This document shows positions 11,534 through 23,684 of a stretch of DNA of 42,139 nucleotides, piece after piece (positions within the stretch are counted from its first letter, which is position 1; each line of letters begins with the position of its first letter). The stretch is from Octopus bimaculoides. Taxonomy: Eukaryota. The notes beneath the pieces are model-generated. The model saw only the letters and a list, made by a program, of their open reading frames with translations. It was not told the DNA's origin and made no database searches. The position numbers were made by a program, and so were the translations under genes. The stretch is from positions 7,174,176 to 7,216,314 of the forward strand of contig NC_068985.1 of assembly GCF_001194135.2 (NCBI RefSeq), read 5' to 3'.

Positions 11534-12400
11534 GGCTAAGAGTGCGGGTAGGCGTGGGGTATGTGGGTAGGCTGCGGTGGCGGTAGATGTGAGGTATTTG
11601 GGAATGGGTGGAAGGGATGGGGTGGGACGGGTGGATAGGGAAGGTGAGGTTGGATTGTGTAGGGTGGGGTTACGAAGGAGGGATGATGATGAAGGGGAAG
11701 GGAGGAGAGTAGGAGTGAAGAGAAGTAGGAGTCGGAACAATAGAGAAGTAGGTGGGAGGAAGTAGGTGTGATAGGGAGAGAGGAGAGAGGAGGAGGGTTA
11801 GATGAAGAGGGGAGGAGAGGGGAGCTCATGTGTGGCAAAGGAGCGAAGAGAGAAGATTAATGCCTGTTCACGGCGCAAACGGGACTCCGGATAGCCTCTG
11901 TGCAAGAACAATCCGAACACAGACAGGTGTTACAAAGAGTAACCGGTAGGGCGGAAATGGCGCGAGACCGGGGTGTCATTGCCGAGTCGGATGTCTTGGA
12001 GGTGTTCCGCAAACCGCTCAGCCAAGCGGCGTCCTGTTTGCCCGATGTGTAGAGGAGAGCAGGAGATGACATTGGTAAAATTGCAGGTGAAGGAGTCAGC
12101 GATATGATAGGGTTGATGATGGGTACCGGTGAGGAGGGTGGCGTTAGACAGGTAAATGCAAGTGCAGCAGCGTGGGCGGGAGCAGGGGAACGAACCGGGT
12201 TGGGAGGTTGGGTTAGAGAAGAAGCTGTGGACCAAAAGGTCTCATAGGTTGTGGGCTCGTTTGAAGGAGGGGAGGGGTCGATTAGAGATGTGCAAAGTGG
12301 AGTGGTTGGACTGGAGTTGCTGGAGGGCTCTGTGAATGGTGCGTTGGAGAGATAGGGGAGTGGGGGGAGGGGAAACGGGAGACGGCGAGGCGAGTGTGAG
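11534..12400 (-). mobile_element. Penelope-like element 3' part: GIY-YIG endonuclease remnant plus pyrimidine-rich 3' repeat
   Basis: Minus-strand frames read ..PLPSFKRAHNL*..VHS..GSFPCSRPRCCTC..FTCNFTNVI..HIGQTGRRLAERFAEHLQDIR..PVSRHF, then RREQALIFSLRSF. These are PLE linker and GIY-YIG motifs with frameshifts. Confidence 0.9.
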
Positions 12401-12458
12401 GGGAGAGAGCAGATGCACAGTCCACGTATACATGTATATATATGTATGCATGTATCAG

Positions 12459-12785
12459 AATAAGCAACACGATATCAAAATGTGATGTAGTACGACTGTT
12501 TCAAGCGACTCTATTTAATTTAACAATGCAACCATTACATCAATTTCAATACCGTGCCATCTTCAGCTGCACAAATAAATGGGTAGAATTTTAACCAGTA
12601 GGATACATTAATACATTTTTTCTCAATATTTTACCAGAGCAAGGAGATGGAAGATATTATGTTGTCGCTATTGTAGCTAAGAATAGACTGCACTTCCAGG
12701 AATCGCATGAAGCCTATTGGAGTCATAGTGTTGTAATGGATTGTAATTCATTTCTAATTCATTTATCTCTTTATCCACCACAAAG
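12459..12785 (-). repeat. Left arm of a ~330-bp inverted repeat (Penelope pLTR-like, hammerhead-like core)
   Basis: Reverse-complement match to 14190-14518. Minus strand contains CTGAAGA...GAAACAGTC. Confidence 0.8.
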
Positions 12786-13334
12786 ACTAGGATACTGTGT
12801 CTATGTTGAATTAAGGACCAGAGTGAGTTGACAGCTCATGGCTAGGTATAGTCATAAATATTATCATATGTATCCCTGTTCCTCGGGGAAGAAAGAAGAC
12901 ATTAGGAGTAGTCAATTGGATATAAGTAACTGTCTATAAAAAGAGGCTAGGTAGAGGAAGAATTTCAATCTTGATGTTAATTACCAGTTAAAGGGGCAAG
13001 ACGCTACGAAATTTAAGATTTTAATACAGAGTAAATTATTTTGGGGCATTTTGGGTGATTGCTTATAAACAATATTGCTATATTGTATAAAAATAAAATT
13101 TAAGTCTTTCAAAAGTGATATCATAATTAAAATTGGTAAAATTTGTGTATATATCAATTATAAATATTAAAAAGGAAAGATTACATAGAATCAGTTTAAT
13201 ATTCATTCATGTACTTAAGGAATTACATATTAGGTGATTTCTTGGAATAACTGGAAAGATAAACATGCTGTCTACTAATGTTAAGCCATGACTCAGAAAA
13301 ATGTAAATGCATACAGATACACACACGTTTATAT

Positions 13335-13620
13335 ATGTGCATATATGCACACATACACATGCAAAAATAATTATGCGTTTATATGGATATGGTATAACCA
13401 TCTTGCATAGACTTAAGTTACTAAGCACTATTTAAGAACAAGATAAATAACCATTTATTAGCGATAAGAGGTTAATAGGTTATGTGCATATATGCTTATA
13501 TACACATACACAAATATTTATACGTTTATATGGATATAGTATAACCATCTCGCATAGACTTAAATAACGGGAAATTATCAAGAAAAATAACAATTTATAA
13601 GGGATAAGAGGTTAATAATT
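13335..13620. repeat. Diverged tandem duplication, two units of ~140-147 bp
   Basis: Both units (13335-13481 and 13482-13620) share ATGTGCATATATGC, CGTTTATATGGATAT, GTATAACCATCT, GCATAGACTTAA and GATAAGAGGTTAATA in the same order. Confidence 0.85.
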
Positions 13621-14189
13621 AAGGATACCAAAATAAGAAAACAAAATAAGAATTTATAGAAAATAATAAGAAATACATATAAACTACATTTAAAGATAAA
13701 AGAGGATTAAAATTTGAAGTAGAGAAGAGATAAAGGTAACCCGAAAAGTGGGGGTAATAGGGATGGAAGTAGTGGCGGAAGTTAAAGGTATTCAGACCGA
13801 AGATATTTTATAAGTTGTAATGTTACAGGTGCGATTGTCTGTATGATTTTATAGTTCCTAAGGGGTATATAATTTAGTCGAAAGGAGATTTATTTACATA
13901 ACGTCACTACAAATATACATAATATGATCAGTAGAGTAGAACATCATAGAAAATAGTGTAATCGATAAAATAGGATGAAGTCAGACTTATTAGGCAGGAG
14001 TTATCATGGGATAGTATTATATATATAGCACATGACATATAGATTATTACATATGCAATGCAATTTAATTCACCATGTCACATAACATCCCATGATTTTA
14101 TTATATTTAATACTAGAGGGTACGTTTACTACGTATACAACAACAGCATTAATTTCCACCATCAAATTTCAAGTAAGGCATCTTTAATC

Positions 14190-14518
14190 GTTTGTAGTTG
14201 ATAAAGAAATAAATGGATTAGAAATGAATTACAATCCCTTACAACACTATGACCCCAAAGCGCTTCATGCGATCTTTGGAAGTGTAGTCTATTCTTAGCT
14301 ACAATAGCGACAATATGATTTTTTCCCATCTCCTTGCTCTGTTAAAATATTTGAGAAAAGTTATATTAATGTGTTTTACTGGTTAAAATTCTATTTATTT
14401 TTTTGTGCAGCTGAAGATGGCACTGCATTTAAATTCATATAATGATTGCATTGTTCAATTAAATGGAGTCGCTTGAAACGGTCGTACTGCGTCACTACTT
14501 GATATCCTGATGCTTATT
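14190..14518 (+). repeat. Right arm of a ~330-bp inverted repeat (Penelope pLTR-like, hammerhead-like core)
   Basis: CTGAAGA at 14411-14417, a long imperfect hairpin, then GAAACGGTC at 14475-14483. Confidence 0.8.
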
Positions 14519-14741
14519 TTGATTTTACTCACTTTACTTCGAGCTGTGCAGATAATACCGGACTGTCTTGGTGTTTCAACTTAAGTACCTAATTCAAGTG
14601 AATCTCAAATATATATATTAGTATTTTAGAGCATGGCATTTATATGGTTAAATATAATTACAGAGCTGTTACAATAGAGTTTTTAGAATAGAAATATGGA
14701 AGTTGTGCAGTGTCTTATAGCTGTTTACAGAATAGATGCAT

Positions 14742-14948
14742 ATTACAGTTCTATATTTAAGAGATGAGAAACTATGTACACCATTTACATTAATTACATT
14801 TGACGGACATTTATCCTCATCTTGTTTGTTGTTAACAGAACGTTTCGGTTGATATACCCTCCAGCTTTCATCAGGTGTCTTGGGGAAATTTCGAACCTGG
14901 GTTCTCATTCCTAAGGTATTTCTCCATGATGTTGTTATTATTATTATG

Positions 14949-14991
<43 letters not shown>

Positions 14992-15130
14992 GTTTGACTT
15001 TTGTTTTGCATTTGTACAAGTTGTATCCAATATTATTATTATTATTATTATTATTCAGGTCACTGCCTGGAATCGAACTCGGAATCTTGGGGTTTGTAGC
15101 CCGCCCTCTTAACCACTACGCCATATTCCC
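14742..15130 (-). mobile_element. Family C SINE (tRNA head, (AAT)n, hammerhead tail), left arm of inverted dimer
   Basis: 73-nt tRNA-like head at 15058-15130 with A and B boxes, then (AAT)n, then a tail identical in layout to the right arm and to 33619-33735. Confidence 0.85.
14834..14879 (-). ncRNA. Minimal type I hammerhead motif, partly degenerate
   Basis: Minus strand GACAC-CTGATGA-A-AGCTG(GAGGGTATAT)CAACC-GAAACGTT-CTGTT. The core is intact; stems I and II carry mismatches. Confidence 0.6.
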
Positions 15131-15138
15131 ATACATAC

Positions 15139-15211
15139 ATATACATGGCGCAGTGGTTAAGAGCGCAGGCTACTAACCCCAAGATTCCGAGTTCGATTCC
15201 AGGCAGTGACC

Positions 15212-15243
<32 letters not shown>

Positions 15244-15375
15244 CATATCGAAAAATACCTTAGGAATGAGAACCCAAATTCGAAATTTCCCCAAGACACT
15301 TGATAAAGGTTGGAGGGTATATCAGCCGAAACGCTGAGTTAACAAGATGAGGACAAATATCTGTTTAATGTAAAT
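15139..15375 (+). mobile_element. Family C SINE, right arm of inverted dimer
   Basis: TGGCGCAGTGG A box and GAGTTCGATTCC B box, then (TAA)n, then a tail with a mutated hammerhead core (TTGATAA...GAAACGCT). Confidence 0.85.
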
Positions 15376-15610
15376 AGATGCATATATCATTCGTTTTTGA
15401 ACTGCTGACTACTAAATGCCTCTGTGAAAGATCCACCTGAATCTTTTCCTCTTTCGAGATAACTAGAAACTTTACGTCCAATGAGAAATGCACCATATGC
15501 GAATTTATTCTGGAAACAGCTGTAAGAGACATCTGCCCAATTTTCTCTCATATTTCTGTTGTACTCTAAACTAACAACTCTCTTGTAAAAACTCTAATGA
15601 TGTTTAAATA

Positions 15611-15834
15611 TACATGAGGCGATGCTGAAAAGTACTTCGCTTTTAAGGGTATCACGAAGGGCCTTGTTGGAGGACCAAACTTCCGAGTTCTTTCAGAGGT
15701 CTTCGAAAAACTGAAGAACCGCTGCAATAAGGGTGTGAATCGGAGAGGAGAATATGTTGAATAAGACCATAAGTAACTGATCCTTCTGTATTTTCTTTCA
15801 CTGCAAACCAGGAACGTTTCAGCACCCTCTTGTA
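15611..15834 (+). mobile_element. Mariner-derived MITE (~224 bp)
   Basis: Imperfect TIRs (TACATGAGGCGATGCTGAAAAGT.. and ..GGAACGTTTCAGCACCCTCTTGTA). Internal FEKLKNRCNKGVNRRGEYVE* resembles a mariner transposase C-terminus. Confidence 0.75.
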
Positions 15835-15837
15835 TAC

Positions 15838-15884
<47 letters not shown>

Positions 15885-16007
15885 ATATATATATATAAAT
15901 ATATACATACGCTAAACTTATGCCTATTTTTTTCCCGTTCGTTATTTCTTTCTACACTTTATTTTTGCCCTTTCAACGATAAGCCACTTATAACCATTCT
16001 TTACTAG

Positions 16008-16044
16008 GCTGTACAACGCAACTTTTGTTTTAGACGCAGTTCAG
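16008..16044 (+). CDS. Candidate small exon, unidentified
   Basis: CCATTCTTTACTAG acceptor (alternative acceptor TTTTAG at 16033) and CAG|GTAAGC donor. Two frames are open. Confidence 0.15.
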
Positions 16045-16234
16045 GTAAGCGATTTAGATGCTACATCCACCATAAACCTACTACATTACGTCATAAGACG
16101 CAATTCTACATGAACTCTCTATAAAAACGCATGTGTGTGTGCGCGCGTGAGTGCGTCTGTGTGTGCATAAGTACATTCCTTATGCTTTTGAGATTTCATT
16201 TCTAACTTTGTAAAAGTTCGGTTCGGTTTGTCAT

Positions 16235-16294
<60 letters not shown>

Positions 16295-17039
16295 GACAGA
16301 TACCAACGTAATTCTATAATTGCAACATGCTCTATGAGAAGAGAAAAAACAATTTGAATTGATTAAACGAGCTTAGCGAGATATTTTTCGCCATTTATAA
16401 ATCCCTGGCAGTATTATATTAAGTTTAAAAAGATATTTGCCAAATTTATTATTCCTATAATGTTTGGAATGGATTGAAAATTACATTCCAATTTTTAGTT
16501 CAAAAGTCTCAAGTGTAAGTTGCAATTTGATATGAAATTTTATTGGTCAGTTCTTAGATGCCTTTCCAAACTTGAATTGCTATTAAAATATATTGAATCT
16601 TCCTGCAGAAGTGTCTGTTAATAACCACATACTACTGTATGATACAATATGACATCTTTGTATTATGTGGAGAGAGTTCAATTCGTATGTTATGTCAACC
16701 ACTATGAAACTGTTGCAGCATCATTTTTGAATTTGACACCAATGTTAGGTTTGATTGTTGAACAACATCTCTGGGATATATGTACATGTAAAGTGGGGCT
16801 CGAATAACAAGTCTTTGCTTATCCGTGTATGTGTGTTTGCATATGCATACATAAATACATAGTATGTATGTATGTATGTATGTATATATGTAGACCAAGT
16901 CTGCATATATTAGGCTGATAACATTATAAGACTTAGACGGCAGCTCCTTGAGCAATACTCTTTGTTTGATAACTTAGAATACATGCCCAAAAAGTCGCAT
17001 GACTCTACCGCAACATCTAAATCGCTAACGTACGGTGTT

Positions 17040-17450
17040 GCATAAAGAAATGAATTTTCGTCCCTGGAAACCACATTACGTGCAGAATATAAAACCTGAG
17101 GGCACGACGTGGACCATATGAATGGCTTCCAAGAAGTCCAGATCTCACTCCATGTGATTTCAACCTGTGGGGTTATACAAAAGAGGTGTACAAGACAAAG
17201 TGTCGCACACTGGAGACACGGATTGATGAGGTTCTCAATATTATCCTAGACCACGTCCTTCAGAAGGTTGTTCATTCCATCCCTAGCCGTTTGAGGAAAC
17301 TGGTTGGCGCCACCGGTGCTTACGTTGAAATTTGAAGATTTACTTTCATTTTGCCATGTAATAAAGGACAAGTAGCATCTGTTCCAATAGATTTGTAAAA
17401 GGAATTTGGATTTTATTACCAATTTTTGACTTACTTTTCACCCACATTGT
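17040..17450 (+). mobile_element. Tc1/mariner (Tc3/maT-like) transposase 3' remnant with right TIR
   Basis: 17102-17335 reads ARRGPYEWLPRSPDLTPCDFNLWGYTKEVYK...RLRKLVGATGAYVEI* (cf. WPPRSPDLTPxDFFLWG). Ends in CACCCACATTGTA. Confidence 0.85.
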
Positions 17451-17582
17451 ATATGTATGTATGAATGTATGTATGTATGCTTGCATGTATGTTTGTATGT
17501 ATGCATGCATGTATGTATGTAAGCTTGTATGTATGTATGCATGTACGCATGCATGTATGTGTGTATATCTGTGTACGTACGT
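17450..17582. repeat. (TATG)n/(TGCA)-type microsatellite
   Basis: Directly visible. Confidence 0.9.
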
Positions 17583-19310
17583 TAGGTATCTTGTCTATAA
17601 AGGAATTATTTACGGAATTTACATTATCATGATATTTATGCATGTATATTGCATTATAGATTTGCTGGTTTTAGTTATAGATTGCTGCCATGACATTTAC
17701 AGTTTTTTACGGGTTTTTTTGTTTTTTTTTTTTCGTTAGCCGTATTGATTCCAATCTTTTTTTTTAAATTAGTACATGTTTTATCTCCTTCCCTATGTTG
17801 TACCCGAAAATTTATGCCAATTAAATGAACACAACTCAAACAACATAGTCACACAAGCATTCGCAAATACATAAATTCAATAGCGTATATACATGTGTAT
17901 TGGTATATAAGCATGTATGTATGCGTGTATTTATATAGAAACGCTACAGCAGAAAACTTGCATGCATAAAGCATTTGTCTGTGAACTAAATTCATTCTCA
18001 ACAAAAGCGGTTATTTTATAGCTGTGTAAACATTAGTGGGGCCTTTCTCTACTGTTATACTGATATTTGATTTATTCATTTTCTCTATTGAATTACGTTT
18101 TCGTTTCAAATGATATCAGAACTTTAGGCTGGTTCCAAGTATCTGACATTTTAAATTCATTTCTTTTTCTTTAAAGCTGTCTGGTTCTATTTAACTGAAG
18201 TATGTCACACATACCGTTCATCTACTTAATAGTCGTGTGGTTACTCAGAAAGGTTTAATTCATAACAAACACTCTATTAGTGACAGCCGACAGGAAATTG
18301 AGAGCCCCGTTTTGTCTCCATTTCTATAGAAGTATTGAAACGCTAACAACATACCTGAATACTGTCATTGATAGCGCTAATGCCAAATGTTATAGGAATG
18401 TTTGTGCTGCGTCATATCTTGGATGTCCTGCTGTTTTAGTTCTTATTTTTATATTTATCAATTCTACATCAAGTGATATCATCGACAACGGTGATGATGA
18501 TTATGATGATGACGATGAAGAAGAAGGAACCATTTACGAATCGAAATAGGTGGCATAATAGCAAATATGAATATGTTTGATTCAGAGCATTAATATTATT
18601 GAGTGTTAAACTGTAATAGTTATATTTTAGTTGCTGAATTTGGCAAATACTGTAGCACAGTATATAACGAATCGGAGAAATAAATGATACCGAATTATCA
18701 TTATTGAATTTAAAGCTAAGAAGTCGATGTTTCTCAGTAGAATATAAAATGCGCTCCTTTAAAGAAAAATACTTCTTTTATAGAAATAAGGTGAATAAAA
18801 AAGACTTAATTACTATTATTTCATTCGTATCTTTTCGGAATTTCTTTTGTAACAATGGTGTGTTAATACAATGGAATGTTGTCGTAGTTTTAATTGTATA
18901 CATTTTGGTATGCATTTGTACCAGTGGATTTCATTTATCTTCTTAAAGTATTCTTCTAATCTCGTTTATAGATCTGATTAAAAAGGAAGATAATGAGGAG
19001 AATTCTAAGTGCTTCAAGAGATGTATATAAAAGATGAGCGATCATATAGAAGCTGTTTGATTGGATATTTATAGGCAGAAAGCACATACGACTGATGAAA
19101 ATGAGTAGGTTGTATCTAAAATGCTTGAAGCCCATTAGAATATTGGCAGACAGAATGCTTTGGCACAGCCTCAGGTTTAATGCCAGAGAGTGAATCAGTG
19201 CCAATTTTTTAATGTGGCGAATGGACACAAAAATGGACGAGAAACATCTAATAGATGTTTTTAGCTGTTAATTATTTCATATATACTTAGCGAATTTCTT
19301 TACATTTCAG

Positions 19311-19380
19311 TGGATTATAGGAGAACGCCACTGGAAAATGGAAAATATATAATTGTAACAATAGTGTCTGTTCCTTGGTT
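19311..19380 (+). CDS. Candidate internal exon (phase 1-2), unidentified
   Basis: Good acceptor TTCTTTACATTTCAG and donor TT|GTGAGT. Only one frame is open: DYRRTPLENGKYIIVTIVSVPW. Confidence 0.4.
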
Positions 19381-19489
19381 GTGAGTGAATTGATTTTATT
19401 TGTGGATTCTACTTACAACGAGTAAATATGAGAATTGTGAAATATATTTATTTTATAAACGTTTTGAAAATGTCAAATTCGAATGCATT

Positions 19490-19493
<4 letters not shown>

Positions 19494-19528
<35 letters not shown>

Positions 19529-19627
19529 AATCACACATAAAATCACATAGGCACATACACGTACATGTATATTTTTTTACAGTTGTGTGGGTGGGTGTGG
19601 GTGTGTGTGTGGGTGTGTGTGCGTGCG

Positions 19628-19676
<49 letters not shown>

Positions 19677-19678
19677 AA
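19494..19678. repeat. (CA)n and (TG)n microsatellites in inverted orientation
   Basis: Directly visible. Confidence 0.9.
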
Positions 19679-20109
19679 CTGTGTAAAAATTATCACTATT
19701 CTTAAATATGCTTCAAAAAGATACGATTTTTTGCAAAAAATATCAATTTGTTTCGAAGCCATATCAATGGGCAATAACATGTCACTGATATTCACACATG
19801 TAGGTTGAAAATTGATTTGGAAATACTAAATACATTCTCATAAACATTAATATGCTTTTAATTTCTTTATAAGGTTGCATATTTGGATGTACCACATCCC
19901 CGAATAGATTTGTCTGTCTAGATATATGAAACGGATACTGTTGTCTTGTTTAAATGACTTTTCATTCTGTCTGCATTATAATGTATTTCTTATTTTGATC
20001 GCTGCCCAAGAATTTCGTTGCAAGTTCTTTTATGGTGCATATGCACACATTATCGTTGTTATTTTCTTGGAAAAGAAAAAATCCTAACATGGGGATACAA
20101 CAAATAAAC

Positions 20110-20720
20110 TTAGATGCCAAGAACACTCCTAAGTATCCTAGCTGTCCCTTAAAACAATGTTTTCTTCAGCTGTACTAAACTGGATTTTATACCTATTTCC
20201 CCTATTCATCTGTTCAATTGAATAGGCATAGTTTCCGATGCACCTATAACTACTGGGGTACATTTTACCCGCACTTTGCATAGTCACTGTAATTCAATGG
20301 CGAGGGCCTGGTACTTTGCTATTTTTTCTATACCTCTCATATTGATTTTTCATCATTTGAGATTGTAACGTCAGTTAACTGACACTTCCTAATCTCTTTA
20401 TATTCTACTACTAAATCAACCCTTCTAGCTTCTATTACTCAGTCAGTTTGAAAGCTAAAGTCCCACAACATTTTGTATTTCTTACTTTCTAGTTCTTTAC
20501 TAGGTTCATGTTCATACCATTTATCAGTATGTTCAAATTCTAGTTTTCTACACAATTCCCAGTGGATTTCTCTCCCTAGGTTGTCATGTCTTTTCTTGTA
20601 TTTTTCTGTGGCAGCATGCTACATTCACTTACTACATTAGTAATGCTTTCCTCTTTTGATTTGCATAACCGATATTGGGAGTCTACTTGGCTTTTGTCCA
20701 TTTTGGCTTTTATCCAATTA
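20110..20720 (-). mobile_element. Non-LTR retrotransposon remnant with zinc knuckle and restriction-like endonuclease (R4/Dong/HERO-like)
   Basis: With frameshifts the minus strand reads YRLCKSKEESITNVVSEC..YKKRHDNLGREIHWELC..KWYEHEP..MLWDFSFQTD..RRVDLVV..KIAKYQALA..PVVIGA..GTARILRSVLGI*. Confidence 0.9.
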
Positions 20721-20722
20721 TC

Positions 20723-21065
20723 CTAACTATGCACAAGGATAAACATGAGAAAGGGGCTCTGTGAAAGAAAGGTTATGCGAAGAACTGGTAACTCGGAGCA
20801 AGCTAAATGACGGAGAGCATGTTGTGAACCGATTAAAGTCATCCCCATATGTTTGTGGGATGTTCTCAGCAAAGATCTGACTGGGTTTAGAGTCACTGTA
20901 GCGGCAAAGTGGATGTCCATACATTGCATCACCGAAGCTTCAGGGAAGACTTTTGACGGTTTTTAGATACAGCGGGCGATCCAGTAGTTTGCTGCAAGTG
21001 GGATGAAGTTGTAGCTGAGATCAAACCCAGGTCGATCAAATAATCGAGGCTGTATTAGGGTGAAC
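20723..21065 (-). mobile_element. Possible highly degraded Penelope-like fragment
   Basis: GC-richer segment. Minus frame HPNTASII..SQLQLHPTCSKLLDRPLY loosely resembles the PLE RT-EN linker. Confidence 0.3.
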
Positions 21066-22179
21066 GTTTCAAATCCTTTAAGAACCCCACCAAAATAAAC
21101 TCCACTCATAATTCATCTCAGAGCATTTTTTAAGATGTATCTTTAAATATAAAACTTTTTTTGTTGTTTTTGGTTCATTAAGAGTAATCTATGCTCAATC
21201 TGTTAATTAAAGTGTTCAATGGCATTCCGAAGAACGTAGATTAATTGTAAAATCTTTTAATATCCGCTCGCTTTTATTTTGGTTACTGTGCAGGAAGCAT
21301 AATTGCATTAGAGATTTAATTCGTAATTTACAATATACTTCATTGTTAGATCCGTTATGTAATAAAGGATAATATGAAATAGGTAACTTATTTAGTTGAT
21401 TAATAAATGGAGATATAAGCGTCTATGTATGCTATTGACTGAAAAATCATGTATTTTGATATAGTTATTGCAGTTGAACATACACAAAGCCAATACAGAG
21501 AAATATAATGGCACTCACGGTACAAATGCATTGGGAAAACATGGGTAATTTCTCATGACATTGCTTCTCTCAAAATTCTATCGATAATCGACAATATGTT
21601 CTTTATATGCAAACATTTATGTTACTTTCTCTTGAAGATATTCAATGAATTTCACCCCACTCTCATCTCTGCATCCAAACATAATTTACTAAAGTTTCGC
21701 TTCACACAAATCAACTTTGACATACACAACCGCTACATATGTATCATTAATTCGCATACCTAATCGAGCCGATGCAAATATCTAACTAATCTGTGTACAG
21801 AAATCACTTTGTCATCATTTATTATCTTTGAGTCTTTTAGTTTATCCAAAAGTGGTTCTATCAAATCTTATTCTACAACTATTTCAACATTCAGATTATA
21901 ACCACATTATGCATTCTCCTTCTTGGACTTTTCTCTTCTTAGATCTTTCCCATATTCTCATCAATTCATATTTTCATTTGTATAGTTGTATAAATTATTG
22001 GCCAGCATCCAGAGTTTCATTTGGTTCTGCTTTGTTATAAACATTGGCTGTTTTCGTATCACTTCTTCACTTATATTTTCAATGTTTATACCTTACAATG
22101 TCTTATTGATTGTAACTTTAATTTTTTGTTTCATGTCTCTATTTCTGTATTCTCATTTGTGTTTTCATATATACTTACG

Positions 22180-22254
22180 TGTATATATATATATAGATAT
22201 ATATACATATATGTAAATATATGGTTATATATGTTTATATGTAGGTATGTATGG

Positions 22255-22308
<54 letters not shown>

Positions 22309-22412
22309 GTGTGTGCGCGTTATATATATATGTATATATGTGTATGTGTGTATGTATGCATATATATATATGTGTGTGTGTGTGTGTGTATTCATGTGTA
22401 TGTGCGTGTTTG
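22180..22412. repeat. Compound (TA)n/(TG)n microsatellite
   Basis: Directly visible. Confidence 0.95.
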
Positions 22413-23394
22413 TGTATGTATGAGTACATTTCCCTTGCTAATTTGTCAGGACATACATTCAGACAGTTTGGGCTTCTCACAATATCCTTGTATTCTGATG
22501 TGATAAAAGAAATTAATATTTAAAGGCAAACGGAAATACAAACAACAGGCGCAAATACAACCTACAAAGATGCAAACAATGGAAATAAAATCAAAGCTAT
22601 AAACATTGGAAACACAATTCACGAATATACACAAAAAAAAAACATAACAAACATTCGAAAATGAAATGCCGACAAACCTACTGACTGGTAACTAAGAATT
22701 TACAAACTAAAATACACAAAAGAAAGAAAAAATGAATTGAATAGATTATGAAAAATGTCTCAGAACAGGAAATTCTAAAGAGAAAAATGTTTAATAGCGT
22801 AATAATCTAAATGTTGAAATAGTTACAGAAATAAAAAAAAACGATACCCGACCTGCTTTTGGATAAACTAAAAGCCTTAGCATATAAAAGATGTTATGAC
22901 AAACCCCCACAACAATCCGAGTATTGATATTACTATATCCAGGGTTAACCAAATAATCGGTGCAGAGGACGTAGTGTTACCAAGGGAACTTTATTCCTCA
23001 AACTTTGTATAAAAGAATGTGGTTATGTAAAACTATCGAAACCGAAATTAACCTGTAATGATAGGTGTTTTGGGCACCATTTTCTCCATTCACACCTTCC
23101 TTTCGAGATGGATCTTGACAAGAAGCAAATCAATGATGATGAAACAGAAAAGGAAACTCCTTGACTTCAATCCTTAAGTTTCCTTCACTAGAAAACCACT
23201 TTCACCCCAGCAACAAACACAGAAAAACTACATGTCATTCCTCGCCAAAGGAATGAATTAATGGCGAGAATGATGCTATAGCCGATCATGGTGAAGATTC
23301 CCCGCCCGGTACGTCCGAAACCGCCCGCATCAGGGACAGTGATCTGACCTCGGACGGTCGTTGCAGCATTGCCCTTTTACCGCTAAATGTACTG

Positions 23395-23435
23395 TGGAGC
23401 AACGTGAAATAAAGTGTTTCGCTCAAGAACACAAC
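23395..23435 (-). mobile_element. Short family B-related SINE fragment
   Basis: GCAACGTGAAATAAAGTGTTTCGCTCAAGAACACAAC resembles the sequence at ~256-291. Confidence 0.5.
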
Positions 23436-23684
23436 TCTCATGACAGTTTATGCAACATGCGTAAACGCTGCGCCACTTGCGTTCACATGTTGTTAATATC
23501 AGCTTCTTAAATAGATTCTACAGGAATTAGAAAGACTACGCAAACGCATACAAAAAAGAACAGACAGTGAAGCTGCACTGGGCTATACTCGGCAGTGAAG
23601 CACACTCAAGGAAACGGCATGACGATCCAAGAATTAAAACTAATATGAATATTCCCTCAATCTTGTCCTTTTTTATTCTTGCAG

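Noticed and set aside
15058-15211. Two apparent tRNA genes (anticodon position ACT or ACA)
   Set aside because: Acceptor and T stems pair poorly, and each is fused to an (AAT)n spacer and shared tail. They are SINE heads, not functional tRNAs.
14900-15250. CRISPR-like or other prokaryotic repeat-spacer arrays
   Set aside because: No regularly spaced direct repeats with unique spacers exist here or elsewhere in the window. The repeats are SINE arms and microsatellites in a eukaryotic context.
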